Below are positions 26,880-37,415 of a stretch of DNA of 64,000 nucleotides, one piece after another; within the stretch, counting starts at the first letter, position 1, and each line of letters begins with the position of its first letter. The stretch is from Candidatus Palauibacter sp. Lineage in GTDB: Bacteria > Gemmatimonadota > Gemmatimonadetes > Palauibacterales > Palauibacteraceae. The translations under genes and the position numbers were made by a program. The notes beneath the pieces were generated by a model. It did not search any database and had not been told where the DNA came from. It was given only the letters and a program-made list of their open reading frames with translations. The DNA lies in contig NZ_CBDANE010000005.1 of NCBI RefSeq assembly GCF_965197445.1, forward strand, positions 139,877 to 203,876, read 5' to 3'.

Positions 26880-29735
26880 TCAACGTGCGCCGCGCGGCTT
26901 CCCCGCCACCCGCTTCTTCTCCTCCTCCAGCGCGTCCAGCGCCACCCCGTCCGTGATCCACGCCGGCGCCGGCTCGCCCTTCAGGTAGTGCCCGAACCAC
27001 TCCAGGATGCGCCGGTGGTAGTCCTTCTGGTTCGCCTCCTCGCGGAAACCGTGGTCCTCCCCTTCGTAGACGAGCAGCACCATCTGCTTCCCGGCGCGGC
27101 GGGCGAAGTTGAAGAACTCGGTCCCCTGATCCCAGTCCACCACGCCATCCTCGTCGCCGAAGGCCATCAGCAGCGGCGTCTCCATGTTGTGCACTTCGTG
27201 GACCGGCGAATTACGGCGATGCGCCTCCGGATCCTCCCAGAACGGCACCTCCATGCGAGCCTGGCCGGTCTCCCAGTGGCTCAGCTCGGCGATGCCCGGG
27301 TTCCAGTGCAGCGCGCCCATGAAGCTCACGAAGTCGGTGAGCGGCGCGCCCGCCACGGAAGCCGCGAAGATGTCGGTCCGCGTGGGCAGGAAGGTCGCCT
27401 GATAGCCGCCCCACGAGTGCCCGATCAGGCCGACCGCGTCCGGGTCCGTCACTCCCATCTCGACGGCCTTCGCCACCGCCGCCCGCACGGACTCCAGCGC
27501 GCTCACCCCCGGATCCCGCACCCGGTATACGATGTCGGGCAGCAGCACCGCGTATTCGTGCTGGGTCCAAGCCGTGTAGTTGTAGTAGTCCCGCTCGCTG
27601 GGGACCTCGAAGAGGTGCATCTGCGGGGAGAGGATCTCGTAGGTGTACACGATCGTGGGGACCGCGCTGCCTTCCTCGTAGTTCGGGGGAAGAAGGAGGA
27701 CGAACTGAAGGTCGCGGCCCGATCCGCTCACGAAGTCGACCAGCTCCGCTCGGCCCCACGCCACCTCGTCGATGAAGGGGTTGATGCCGGTCACCTGGTC
27801 GGAGTCGGCGAGGTCGGGCCCCGCCACGAAGTAGTCCGGCGGGTCGTCGAAGCGCTCGGCGCGGTAGAAGAGCACGTCGGCGCTGTCGGCGCGTTCGAGG
27901 CCGCGCACGTAGGCATCTTCCAGGATCAGGGTCTCGGCCAGGTCCCGGTCCGGCGCCCCGGCCCAGCCGGTCGTGAAGCGGGCGTAGCCGCGCTCCTCCG
28001 TCTTCTCGTTGTAGAGGGACAGGTAGGGGCGCGAGTCGGGGTCGAGACCGGGTTCATCGTCGTCGTCCGTGACGCGGGTCATGCGGTGCGTGAGTCCCGT
28101 CTCCGCGCCGTGCGTCAGCCGCTCGCCGCCCGAGCCGTCCGGTGCGACGCGCCAGACGTCGTGCTCGTCGTAGAGCAGAACCGCGTTGTCGCCTTCCAGC
28201 CACCCGCCGGGACCGAAACCGTGCGGGGGCGTCACGTCGGTGGGCGTGTCGTAGTCCGTGTCGGCGAACTCGGCGGCCAACCCCGACGTCAGGTCATGCT
28301 TCGCGCCCGTGGCGATATGGAGGCTGTGGTAGGCGGAGCCGTCCCATGAGAGCAGCCAGTCGCCGCTCGCGCTTGGCCATTCGTAGCGCACGCGGGTCAG
28401 GAGCTGGCGGCGCTCGCCGGTGCCCGCGTCGACGGCCCGGACATCGTGGTACGGACGGCCGAACATCGCGCCCCACGGATAGGGCTCGCTGATGTCCTCC
28501 AGCGCGTACTCCCAGCCGTGCAGGAGTTGAGCGGCGCTCATCAGGTCGGACCCGAGGACGACCACCCGGTCGTCGTCCAGGTGCCAGACGGCCAGCAGCG
28601 ATCGCGTGCTGTCGCGGTCCTCGGAGACCTGCTGCTCCGGGAAGAGGCGGACGTCCCCGGTGTGCCAGATCTGCAGGGCGGGGAGGTCGGGTTCGGAGTC
28701 GGAGGCCGGGGCGTCCGGGGCGCCCTGATCCGGTTCCGTCTCTACCTCCGGCTCGTCTTCCGTGCCGTCGCCGGGATCGTCGCCCTCTTCCTTCTCGATC
28801 GGCCGGAGCCCCAGAGAGATCATGCGGCCATCGTCCGACCAGGCGGGGGCGCGGTGATGGACCGCCTCGAGCGTGTCGGGGATACCGGCGGTGTTCGCAC
28901 CGAGGACCGTCGTCTCGACGCGGCGGTCCAGGTCGCGCCATGCCAGAACGTCGTAGGCGCTGCCGTCGGCGGAAGCGGCATCCCTGGAGCGGAGGGCGGC
29001 CAGATCTGCGGAGTCATCGCGCCAGCGGAGGCTCCGGTAGGCGGAACCGGAAGCGTCGGCGGAACGCAGGATACCGGCAGCGGCATCGTACACCTGCACC
29101 CCGTTGCCCACATCGGTGCCCGTCGCGATGGCGAGCGCAAGCAGGGATCCGGCCGGGCTCCAGGCCATCTCGCTCACGTTGCCGAAGCTGGTTTGCGTCC
29201 CCGTTGCCAGCGTGACAATGCGGAGGTCGGCGCCCTTGCCCGAGGGCTCGTCCGGCGGGTAGCCGCGTAGCGCCATGAAACTGCCGGAGGCGTCGAAGCG
29301 CTGCTCGGAGACCGCGTCGAACTCATGGGTCTCTCCGGTCTGCAGATCCATCGCCGAAGCCTTCTCACGGATCGGCTCGTCGCTCTTCTCAAGCCGCTCC
29401 CGTTCCTCCGGCGGCAGACCGATGGTCCAGGCCAGCCAGCGGCCGTCGGGGGAGAACCGCGGCGCTGAGCCCCATGGGAAGATCCGGACGGAGTCCTCTT
29501 CGAGCTTGCGCACGCGGAGTTCCGACTTCTCGTCCACCCGGGTGACCACGTAACCGACCCACTCACCGAAGGGCGAGAACTCGACGACGCCGAGTCCTTC
29601 CCAGCGGCCGTAGTCGTCGGGGGTGACGAGGGGGCGGTCCTGGGGGGAGGCGGGGGAGGGGAGGACGAGCGCGAGACCGCCAAGGGCGGCCAGTGTGGCG
29701 AGCGTCGGGAAGCGGGAGGGGAGGGTTGAAGTCAT
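26880..29735 (-). CDS. Secreted S9 family serine peptidase (prolyl oligopeptidase/dipeptidyl-peptidase type) with a large N-terminal beta-propeller
   Basis: Signal peptide MTSTLPSRFPTLATLAALGGLALVLP. Catalytic nucleophile motif GHSWGGY. C-terminal DEDGVVDWDQG and EDHGF (Asp and His of the triad). Confidence 0.85.
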   Translation of the reverse strand: MTSTLPSRFPTLATLAALGGLALVLPSPASPQDRPLVTPDDYGRWEGLGVVEFSPFGEWVGYVVTRVDEKSELRVRKLEEDSVRIFPWGSAPRFSPDGRWLAWTIGLPPEERERLEKSDEPIREKASAMDLQTGETHEFDAVSEQRFDASGSFMALRGYPPDEPSGKGADLRIVTLATGTQTSFGNVSEMAWSPAGSLLALAIATGTDVGNGVQVYDAAAGILRSADASGSAYRSLRWRDDSADLAALRSRDAASADGSAYDVLAWRDLDRRVETTVLGANTAGIPDTLEAVHHRAPAWSDDGRMISLGLRPIEKEEGDDPGDGTEDEPEVETEPDQGAPDAPASDSEPDLPALQIWHTGDVRLFPEQQVSEDRDSTRSLLAVWHLDDDRVVVLGSDLMSAAQLLHGWEYALEDISEPYPWGAMFGRPYHDVRAVDAGTGERRQLLTRVRYEWPSASGDWLLSWDGSAYHSLHIATGAKHDLTSGLAAEFADTDYDTPTDVTPPHGFGPGGWLEGDNAVLLYDEHDVWRVAPDGSGGERLTHGAETGLTHRMTRVTDDDDEPGLDPDSRPYLSLYNEKTEERGYARFTTGWAGAPDRDLAETLILEDAYVRGLERADSADVLFYRAERFDDPPDYFVAGPDLADSDQVTGINPFIDEVAWGRAELVDFVSGSGRDLQFVLLLPPNYEEGSAVPTIVYTYEILSPQMHLFEVPSERDYYNYTAWTQHEYAVLLPDIVYRVRDPGVSALESVRAAVAKAVEMGVTDPDAVGLIGHSWGGYQATFLPTRTDIFAASVAGAPLTDFVSFMGALHWNPGIAELSHWETGQARMEVPFWEDPEAHRRNSPVHEVHNMETPLLMAFGDEDGVVDWDQGTEFFNFARRAGKQMVLLVYEGEDHGFREEANQKDYHRRILEWFGHYLKGEPAPAWITDGVALDALEEEKKRVAGKPRGAR

Positions 29736-30586
29736 AGGGCACTCTCCTGGGAATCGCTGGAATCAGGGAATGAAGCCGACCCCTTCCACGGGTCGCCCGG
29801 CACGAGGGCGACGAACCGGTCCCGAACGACGTTCATGGCTGTGCGGATGTCCCACAAGAGTCCAGGTCGGAGCAGGGGGTCCATGTCTTCGCGGAAGTCG
29901 TGCAGTGTCTGTTTACCGTGGAGATTCTCCTCGAACTGTGCCCGCGTGACGGAGTGGCCATTCTCCGTCATGTAACGAAGGAAGCACGTCAGCACGGTAC
30001 GCGGGTCGACCGAACCCATCTCCGAGGCATACCAGAGATCGAAGAGATCGCGCCCCTTCTTGCGCTGGTAGAGCGCCCTGAGCTTGGTTCCGAGCAGTTC
30101 CTCGAGTGCGTAAGTGGTCACTTCTGCAGATCCGCCAAACCATGGACTGTCGACGAAAAACGCTACACTCCTGAGCCCGAGTTCGGAAAAGTGCTCTCGG
30201 GTGTTGATCTCAACCTTCAAGCGTAGTTTCAGCGGCGGCACATCTTCCGAAGCGAAACGGTACATCAGCTTGACCGCACCCTCCTTGAGAGTCCGTCGAG
30301 GTTCTCCCAACCACGGATCGAGCCGCGACCGCATCTGGTCAAGCGTATCCCCAATCGGCTCAGGGCGGACCTGAACGAGGTCGATGTCTTCCGAGTATCT
30401 TGGCGACGGCGTCAGGTGGAGCTTGTACAGTGCCGTGCCGCCGCGGAAGGCGAGCCTGTTTGCCAGATCGGGCACTCGAAACAGCTCGACCAGTGCTCGA
30501 CTTATCACAAGATCCTGCTCAACCTGCGCGTCGATCACCCACGGCGCCTGGGCGCGCCAGCGTGTAATGTAGTCCCGAGGGATCAT
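29732..30586 (-). CDS. AbiEii/AbiGii family nucleotidyltransferase toxin (type IV TA / abortive infection)
   Basis: AFRGGTALYKLHL...RYSEDIDLV is the hallmark DUF1814 nucleotidyltransferase motif. Confidence 0.85.
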   Translation of the reverse strand: MIPRDYITRWRAQAPWVIDAQVEQDLVISRALVELFRVPDLANRLAFRGGTALYKLHLTPSPRYSEDIDLVQVRPEPIGDTLDQMRSRLDPWLGEPRRTLKEGAVKLMYRFASEDVPPLKLRLKVEINTREHFSELGLRSVAFFVDSPWFGGSAEVTTYALEELLGTKLRALYQRKKGRDLFDLWYASEMGSVDPRTVLTCFLRYMTENGHSVTRAQFEENLHGKQTLHDFREDMDPLLRPGLLWDIRTAMNVVRDRFVALVPGDPWKGSASFPDSSDSQESAL

Positions 30587-31365
30587 TCGTCCGGCTCGAT
30601 GTCGATGTTCACGATGAGCTTCCAGGTTCCATTGCGGTCGGCCCCGGTGCGGCTGACGGCGCGGCGAAGGGGCGTAAAGCTTTGAGCGTGCGCGCTGACA
30701 AACGGACGCAGCGTTCGGGCAAGATCAATTTCCTCGATGCGTTCAAGGAGATATCCGAGGCGCTGCGACCAGCTCACCGGTGAGAGGTGTGCGGCCTCCA
30801 CTAGACTCTCGGCCTCCATCTCGTCGACAAGATCGTGCAGGACCGCAAGAACGTTGCTTAACCCCCCCGCATGGTTCGGGTAGCCGACGAGTTCCAGCGC
30901 CGTCAGTTCCGGGGTGGAGTAGCGAGCCGTCCCGCGCGGTGTGTTGAACTCGCGCACAGGCATTCGGCGGAGATCACGACGTGCGACGAACTCGACGCGA
31001 ACCTGCCCGCACTCGATGGAGGGGCGGTTCTTTCGCATCATGACCTTGTCGACTTGCGGACGCTGGTGGGCCGCGCCGTGTCTCTGAGCCGCGCTGAGCA
31101 GCGCAAAGTAGTAGGGCTCTCCGATCAGCCCCATCAGTTGCGGAATGAACTGCTCCGCCGGGAGACAGCCTCGGCTCCTGTATTCCGGCGGGATGATGAT
31201 GTGAAAGCTCTGCACGGGTTCGGCGATCGCGCCTCGGGCCTTTAGTCGCCGCAACTGCGCTCGAACGGCGCCCGGACTACGTCCGGTAGCCTTGGCGACC
31301 TCATCGGTGGTGAAATGATAGTCTCCACGCGCCGCCAGGTTGGCGACATATTCCCGAGCAAACAT
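30583..31365 (-). CDS. AbiEi family antitoxin/transcriptional regulator
   Basis: N-terminal wHTH (FTTDEVAKATGRSPGAVRAQLRRLKARGAI). 260 aa. The stop overlaps the AbiEii start. Confidence 0.8.
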   Translation of the reverse strand: MFAREYVANLAARGDYHFTTDEVAKATGRSPGAVRAQLRRLKARGAIAEPVQSFHIIIPPEYRSRGCLPAEQFIPQLMGLIGEPYYFALLSAAQRHGAAHQRPQVDKVMMRKNRPSIECGQVRVEFVARRDLRRMPVREFNTPRGTARYSTPELTALELVGYPNHAGGLSNVLAVLHDLVDEMEAESLVEAAHLSPVSWSQRLGYLLERIEEIDLARTLRPFVSAHAQSFTPLRRAVSRTGADRNGTWKLIVNIDIEPDE

Positions 31366-31524
31366 GTTCCGACATCCTGCGGTGGTGATACGATTCTGCG
31401 GAAAAGTAATATATTATGTTACTTTTACCAAGAATCGTCATGGGACCGGGGTGCCGGCCCGCGTTTTGATCGGTCCGGGAAGGGAGGCAGGACTGAGCCG
31501 GACTCGGAGGGGTCGGTCCTGAGG

Positions 31525-32868
31525 CTACTTCTGCAGGCGCAGGACGAAGAGGCCTTCGTTCCAGCTCGTGGCGACGAAGAGTCCGCTCTCGAAGTAGGGG
31601 TAGTTCGACCAGGAGCCCGAGAAAGTCACGTTGTTGTGGCTGGGCACGGTGTCAAAATATCCAGCTTCGACGGGGTGTTCGGGGTCCGAGATGTCGACGA
31701 TCCGCACTCCGAACGCGTAATTGGAGTGGTAGATCAGGTCGCCGTGAACGTACAGGTTGTGGTCGACCGCGCCGCTGGGCCCCATGTGCTCGGCCGCCAG
31801 GATCGGATCGTCGAGATCTGCGAGATCCCACACCAGCATTCGCGTGTGCGTAGCCTGACCGTAAATCTCGTCCAGTTCATCGTTCTGATAGAAGTACCGG
31901 TGATCTTCGCTGAGCCACCCCTGATGGACGTAACCATGGTCCGCGTACCTAGCGATCGACAGAGTCTCCGGATTCTCCTTCTCCGTTACGTCCGACACGA
32001 CGACGGCGTCCGCGTTCGATCCGATGCAGATCTCGCGCCCCGAGTGTTCCGCGTCGGGACCCCGATACACGACGCACTGAACATCGTGCGTGTAGCCTTG
32101 CTTGGGGCCATGCCCGGTGCCTTCCACAGCGTGACAACCCGCGAAGCTCGGATTCATGGGGTCCGAGAGGTCGATCATGTGCAGCCCGCGCCCGCAGGTG
32201 TCGCCACCCGAGTTGCTGCCTACGGCGTAGGCAAAGCCGGTTTCTTCGTTGATCGCAAGATTGTGGACCGCGCTCAACCGTCCGTAGTGCGCGTCGGCCT
32301 GCAACTCGGTGAACTCCGTCAGGCCGCGGAGCCGCGTGAGGTCGAGGATCTGCATCCCGTGGCCGTTGATGCCGTCGGCGACGACGTACACCTGGTCCGC
32401 GTACACCTTTATGTCGCGCCACACAGCCGTCCCGGTATGCGAGGAGAGGTACGCGATCGGCTGCGGTTCGACTGGGTTCGAAAGATCTACGATGGAGAGT
32501 CCGTCATGGCGACCGACCAGCGCGTACTCCACCCCCGTCTGCGGGTCGGTCCACCCCCAAATGTCGTTCGTTGCCCAGAAGTTACTCGGCCCGGCGGGCG
32601 TTAGCCCCGGGCTCAAGTCACGCACAGACACCTGCGCCACGAGATCGACGCGATCGCAGGGGAAACCGTCGGCCGAACCGCCCTCGCATGGGACGATCTG
32701 CGCTGCAACGGGTGGGGGCGGAGGCGGCGGGGGCGCAGGGGCAGGTGGGGCGACCGGATCCGGGGTGACCGGGCCGGTGGCGTCTTCCTCGCATGCGCCG
32801 AGGGCCACACTCACCAGGAGCACCGGAATGGCGCGCCGGAGGGGCACGGAGGCACAACTGCGGATCAT
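31525..32868 (-). CDS. Choice-of-anchor B family lipoprotein (LVIVD-repeat beta-propeller)
   Basis: Lipobox LLVSVALGAC. Repeated D-I/V-x-V-x-D motifs (LSIVDLSNP, MQILDLTRL, LHMIDLSDP, VVVSDVTEK, VRIVDISDP). Shares ~60% identity with the C-terminal half of 56900-59248. Confidence 0.7.
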   Translation of the reverse strand: MIRSCASVPLRRAIPVLLVSVALGACEEDATGPVTPDPVAPPAPAPPPPPPPPVAAQIVPCEGGSADGFPCDRVDLVAQVSVRDLSPGLTPAGPSNFWATNDIWGWTDPQTGVEYALVGRHDGLSIVDLSNPVEPQPIAYLSSHTGTAVWRDIKVYADQVYVVADGINGHGMQILDLTRLRGLTEFTELQADAHYGRLSAVHNLAINEETGFAYAVGSNSGGDTCGRGLHMIDLSDPMNPSFAGCHAVEGTGHGPKQGYTHDVQCVVYRGPDAEHSGREICIGSNADAVVVSDVTEKENPETLSIARYADHGYVHQGWLSEDHRYFYQNDELDEIYGQATHTRMLVWDLADLDDPILAAEHMGPSGAVDHNLYVHGDLIYHSNYAFGVRIVDISDPEHPVEAGYFDTVPSHNNVTFSGSWSNYPYFESGLFVATSWNEGLFVLRLQK

Positions 32869-32887
32869 CTGACGGTACTCCTGCGCT

Positions 32888-34036
32888 TCAGTTGGCGAGC
32901 AGCAACCGCCGGCCCAGGAGTCTCTCCGGGTCGGCGCCCGGCTGCGGCGTGAACTTGTTGATCCAGCCACCGCTGTACGAGGCAATGTACAGGTTGCCGT
33001 CCTCGTCCATGTCGAGCTGGTGCGGCAGAGACAGGCCGCCGGGCCAGGTCCCGCGGCCGATGGCGCCGGCCTGCCCGTAGGCGCCCCAATAGTCCTGCAG
33101 GACGCCATCCCGGTCGTACTTGAGCGCGCGATTCAGGGTCGCGTCCAGGACCCACACCGCCCCCTTCGCATCCAGCCAGATATTGACGGGATCAAAGATG
33201 TTCGGCCATTCCTCGATGAATTCGCCCTCGTGCGTGAACAGCTGCAGGCGCTCGTTCTGGCGGTCCGCGACGTAGACGCGGTCCTCATCCACCGCGAGAC
33301 CGTGCAGGAGATCGAATTCGCCCGGGCCGGTACCGAGCGCGCCCCACTGCATGATGAACTCGCCGTCCTCCGAGTACTTGATGATCCTTGAGTTCCAGTA
33401 CCCGTCGGCCAGGAGGAAGCTCCCATCCGGCAGGAACGCCAGCTTCGACGGCCAGCCGTACGTGTAGGGCCCCCAATCGGATCTTGCGCGCGCCGCCTCG
33501 CGGGTCTTGGGATGGTCCCGCTCGCCGAGCCGCATGACGATCTCGCTGCCGTCGTTCGTGAACTTGACGACCTGCATGTGCCCTTCCCCGCCGCCGCTGT
33601 CGATCACCCACACGTGCCGGTCGGGATCGTAGGGGTTGATGTACACCTGGTGCGGGAGCGTGAAGATCGAGTCCCACTGGGCCCACTGTTCGACGATTTC
33701 GCCGTCTCCGTTCGCGACGACGATGAAGTTCGTGCGGCGCAGTTGCCCGTTGCGGGGAACCGAACGGTCGGCGGGCCAGTCGCCGCGCGTGACGACGATG
33801 ATCCGGTCTGCGTGGTCCACCGCGACGCCGGCCACCTGTCCCCAGCCCCACTCGTCGGCGTGGTCGGGCGCCGGCTTCCACCAGCCCTCTACGGGGTCGT
33901 AGGCGCCGGTGCGGTCGTCGCCGCCCTTCACGACTGCCCCGTTCGCCGGGTTGGCGGCCCGGCCCTCGCCGCCGCACGCCCACGCGACGGCCGTAGCTGC
34001 GATCGCGACCCGGAGGGTCCCCGGACGAGTCTTCAT
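32888..34036 (-). CDS. NHL repeat-containing secreted protein (six-bladed beta-propeller)
   Basis: Signal peptide MKTRPGTLRVAIAATAVAWACG. Recurrent NHL-type blades (GVAVDHADRIIVVTRG, VWVIDSGG, SFLLADGYWNSRIIKY, GLAVDEDRVYVADRQNERLQLF, AVWVLDATLNRALKY, GNLYIASYSGGWINKF). Confidence 0.8.
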   Translation of the reverse strand: MKTRPGTLRVAIAATAVAWACGGEGRAANPANGAVVKGGDDRTGAYDPVEGWWKPAPDHADEWGWGQVAGVAVDHADRIIVVTRGDWPADRSVPRNGQLRRTNFIVVANGDGEIVEQWAQWDSIFTLPHQVYINPYDPDRHVWVIDSGGGEGHMQVVKFTNDGSEIVMRLGERDHPKTREAARARSDWGPYTYGWPSKLAFLPDGSFLLADGYWNSRIIKYSEDGEFIMQWGALGTGPGEFDLLHGLAVDEDRVYVADRQNERLQLFTHEGEFIEEWPNIFDPVNIWLDAKGAVWVLDATLNRALKYDRDGVLQDYWGAYGQAGAIGRGTWPGGLSLPHQLDMDEDGNLYIASYSGGWINKFTPQPGADPERLLGRRLLLAN

Positions 34037-35991
34037 CGGTTCCCCCCGGTTCCGGTCTTGCTGTCTTCGCTCGTCGCGCGAGGCGCCCAGGGATCATCGA
34101 CGCCGGCACCGGGACATGAGTCTCCCGTGTCGAGGAAGTGGGTGTGCAGACACTCGAGCGTGGACCCGAGGCTCGTCAGAAGTTCGACCGTTTCGGGATA
34201 CGGGACGCGGGTGAAGAACCCCGCCCGGCCGCCGCGCGCCATGTCCGCCGTGGACTGTCCGAGGCGAGTGATGGCCGTGACATCCCCACCCCGAGATACC
34301 AGGTACTCGACGAGTTCGTTGTCGCCCCGCGACGCCGCGTAGTGCATCGGTGTGTAGAGCCACGAATCGCGCTGGTTCACGTCGGCGCCCAGCTCCTCGA
34401 TCAGGTACTTCACCGCGGGGATGAACTGGTTGGGACGGTTCCGGACGCTGAACGCGCCCAGACCCAGATACCCTCCGCCCGCCGCAGCGTGCACGGGCGA
34501 GGCGTTGGGTGCGCCCTCGGGGATCCAGGGCAGCGCGGAATCTTCCTGCTGCCGCCCGTCCTGCTGCCGCCGCTCACGCATCCCGACCTCGGGCCAGCGC
34601 GTGGGTATGTGGGGGTCCGCCCCGTGCGCGACGAGCAGCTTCATGGCATCGAGGTCCTGCGCGAAGGCGGCCCGCCAGAACGGCGTCGCCCCGGTGAGGT
34701 CGATCCCCATCTTGGTGAGACCGTACTCCCAGTACCACAGGTGCGTGTTCAGCCTGGGGTTGGGATCGGCGCCCGCCTCGAGCAGCGCGCGCAGCACGTC
34801 CATGTGCCCGGCCTGCTGGAGGTCCTGGGCGCGCGGCTGCGGGTAGTTGGACTTGGGTGCCCATTGGGTCTGCAGCACGGCGAACAGAGGCGTGGCGCCG
34901 TCGGTCGAAGCGGCAGGATCGGGGTCGGCACCGCGCTCGATCAGAACGAGAGCGAGATCGAACTGGCCGTTGAGCGTGGCCATGAGGAGCGGGCTCGTCG
35001 CGTCCGCGCTCGCCTGGTCTATGTCCGCGCCGCCGTCGAGCAGCGCCGTGGCCGCTTCGATGTGTCCCTCGCGGGCGGCGTGGAGGAGCGCGGTCAGGCC
35101 CCCGGTCTTGCCGACGAGAACCTCGCGGTACGGAGGACGTACGACTTCGGGGCCGCCCGGGTAGTCGGGCCCGACACGCGCAAGCGAGTGCGCGCTGACG
35201 GCGCCGACGTCGAAGCCGGAACGGAGGAACTCGCGCTGCGCGCGTATGGCCGCCTGGACGCGGGCCGGGCCGGGCTCGCCCGGCCACTCGGCTTCGGGGT
35301 CCACCTCGGGCCCGTACGGTCCGATCGTCTCGGCGGGCGCGCCGATCCAGTCGCGGAAGCGGCGGTTGGCTTCCCGGTCCAGCGCCAGACTGGGCAGGAC
35401 GTCCACCACCGCGGTCGCCAGGCCGGAGTCGGCACCACCCTCGAGCAGTGCGGCCGCGGACGCCGCCCGGTTCGCTGCGGCCGCGAACATCAGGGGCGTC
35501 TGACCCGCCGACGCCTCGCGGACGTCCGGGTCCGCGCCGTGGTCCAGAAGCGCTGTCACGGCGCCCGTGCCTTCCACGGCGGCGGCGGCGAGGTGCAGCG
35601 CGGTCACGCCGCTGTTCGTCGTCGCGGCGTTCGGATCGGCTCCGGCTCCGAGCAGGAGCGCGACGACCTCGCCATGTCCGCCTCGCCCGGCCAGGTGCAG
35701 CGGCGTATAGCGGCCGATGCGCGTTCCGGCTTCCACCGCCGCGCCCGCGTCGATCAGCACCCGGACCACGCCCGCGTGTCCCCGTTCGGCGGCCAGGTGC
35801 AGCGCGGTGATGCCGTCCCCCCGTGCCGCACTCACGTCCGCACCTTCGCGCGCGAGCGCACGCACGACCTCTGCCTCCCCACCCTGGGCGGCATCGAGCA
35901 GCCGATGGCCCGCGACGGGCGACCCTTCCTGCGCGACAACCCCCGCGGGGAGGGCCGTCGTGAGCAGGAGCGCCAGTGCGGCGGGCCTCAT
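34033..35991 (-). CDS. Ankyrin repeat protein, secreted
   Basis: Signal peptide MRPAALALLLTTALPAGVVAQ. At least eight ankyrin repeats (GITALHLAAERGHAGVVRVLIDAGA, TPLHLAGRGGHGEVVALLLGAGADPN, and others). Confidence 0.85.
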   Translation of the reverse strand: MRPAALALLLTTALPAGVVAQEGSPVAGHRLLDAAQGGEAEVVRALAREGADVSAARGDGITALHLAAERGHAGVVRVLIDAGAAVEAGTRIGRYTPLHLAGRGGHGEVVALLLGAGADPNAATTNSGVTALHLAAAAVEGTGAVTALLDHGADPDVREASAGQTPLMFAAAANRAASAAALLEGGADSGLATAVVDVLPSLALDREANRRFRDWIGAPAETIGPYGPEVDPEAEWPGEPGPARVQAAIRAQREFLRSGFDVGAVSAHSLARVGPDYPGGPEVVRPPYREVLVGKTGGLTALLHAAREGHIEAATALLDGGADIDQASADATSPLLMATLNGQFDLALVLIERGADPDPAASTDGATPLFAVLQTQWAPKSNYPQPRAQDLQQAGHMDVLRALLEAGADPNPRLNTHLWYWEYGLTKMGIDLTGATPFWRAAFAQDLDAMKLLVAHGADPHIPTRWPEVGMRERRQQDGRQQEDSALPWIPEGAPNASPVHAAAGGGYLGLGAFSVRNRPNQFIPAVKYLIEELGADVNQRDSWLYTPMHYAASRGDNELVEYLVSRGGDVTAITRLGQSTADMARGGRAGFFTRVPYPETVELLTSLGSTLECLHTHFLDTGDSCPGAGVDDPWAPRATSEDSKTGTGGNR

Positions 35992-37415
35992 GACGCGCCG
36001 CTCCGGCCCGACGCCGCCTCGCCCGTGAAGTCCAGTGAGAAAGCACCGTCGCTGTCCCCGAAGGAGGCCATTCCCGGGTGCCCGATCTTCCGCATGAGGC
36101 TGACGAAGGCGTTCGCCATCGGGGTCCCGTCGGGAGCCCGCAGATGGAGTCCGCCCTCCAGCGCGCCGTTCGCCCCTCCCAGGAGCAGCAGAGGCGCACG
36201 CCGGTGGTTGTGGAGGTTGCCGTCGGCCATGGGAGAGCCCCATACGATCGCCGTCTTGTCGAGCAGCGAGGCGTCGCCTTCCACGGTGTCGCGCATCTTC
36301 CGGAGGAAGTAGGCGAGCTGGCCCAGCCGATAGGTGTTGATCCGGTTGAAGTCCATGATGTCGTCGGGGACGTTGCCGTGGTGCGAGGCCCCGTGGACGG
36401 ACTTCGTCGTTCCGCTCCCCGGGAACGCCCGGTTGGACTGGTCGAATCCGGTCTTGAAGGTGATCACGCGCGTCAGGTCGGTCTGCAGCGCGAGCAGCTG
36501 CAGGTCGAACATGAGCTGCGTGTGTTCCTCGAAGGAATCCGGGACTCCGGACGGGGCCTCGGGCATCTCCCGCTCTTCTCCGCTCGTGTTCCGCGCTTCG
36601 ACGAGCTGGATGCGGCGTTCGATCTCCCGGATATGCTCGACGTACTCGTCCAGCGCGACGCGGTCCGCCGCGCCCAGCGTCCTCCTGAGCCGAGCGACCT
36701 CGGTCGCGATCCAGTCGATCATGCTGCGGTCCGTGCGACGCCGCGCCGCTCGATCTTCCGCAGTGTCCCCGGCCCCGAACAGCCTCTCGAACACGACGCG
36801 GGGCTCCCGGATCGCCGGCAGCGGCTGGTTCGGGGAAGCCCAGGCGAGCGAAGTCGTGTACGCACAATGGTAGTTGTACGCGCAGCCCCCGCCCCGATCG
36901 ATGCCCTCGATACAGAGTTCAAGCGACGGGAGCACCGTTTCCTGCCCGAATCGCTGTGCGTGGAGCTGGTCGAGCGAGGTCCCGAGGAAGAGGTCGGACC
37001 CCTGCGTCTGCTTCGGGTGCGCCTGCGTCAGGAACACCGCCGTCGACCGGTCGTGATCCCCCCCGATCTCTTCCGCGCGCCAGGCCTCGGCCGACCGGCA
37101 GTCCGTGTTGCTGATGATCGTCATGTACTCGCGGAACGCCTCCAGCGGTTTCAGCTGGCTGTCCGCGACCAGCTCGAAGTCGCGCCCGGTGCTCGCCGGC
37201 GCGAAGAGGTGACGGGCATCGCCCCAATCGCTGGAACCCGCCGCTCCCATCGACTCCTCGACGCAGACGAACCGCGTGAAGCCGGTCGCCTTCATTGGGT
37301 CGGCCCACAGCCGCCCGGCCGGAATCATCGCGTCGAGGAGGGGCAGGGCGACGCTCGCGCCGGCCCCCCGCAGGAAGGTGCGGCGCGAGAGGTGTGTGCC
37401 GCTGATGAAGTTCAT
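35988..37415 (-). CDS. DUF1552 domain protein (Tat signal)
   Basis: Twin-arginine signal SRRTFLRGAGASVALPLL. The DUF1552 architecture is typically paired with a DUF1592-family partner, which is the next gene. Confidence 0.7.
   Translation of the reverse strand: MNFISGTHLSRRTFLRGAGASVALPLLDAMIPAGRLWADPMKATGFTRFVCVEESMGAAGSSDWGDARHLFAPASTGRDFELVADSQLKPLEAFREYMTIISNTDCRSAEAWRAEEIGGDHDRSTAVFLTQAHPKQTQGSDLFLGTSLDQLHAQRFGQETVLPSLELCIEGIDRGGGCAYNYHCAYTTSLAWASPNQPLPAIREPRVVFERLFGAGDTAEDRAARRRTDRSMIDWIATEVARLRRTLGAADRVALDEYVEHIREIERRIQLVEARNTSGEEREMPEAPSGVPDSFEEHTQLMFDLQLLALQTDLTRVITFKTGFDQSNRAFPGSGTTKSVHGASHHGNVPDDIMDFNRINTYRLGQLAYFLRKMRDTVEGDASLLDKTAIVWGSPMADGNLHNHRRAPLLLLGGANGALEGGLHLRAPDGTPMANAFVSLMRKIGHPGMASFGDSDGAFSLDFTGEAASGRSGAS

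Noticed and set aside
34138-36312. 724-aa plus-strand ORF, and the similar 37451-39937 (+) and 26751-28349 (+) ORFs
   Set aside because: They are antisense to the ankyrin, DUF1552, DUF1592 and S9 peptidase genes. Their composition is dominated by R/G/A/P/V with no motifs. These are GC-frame artefacts.
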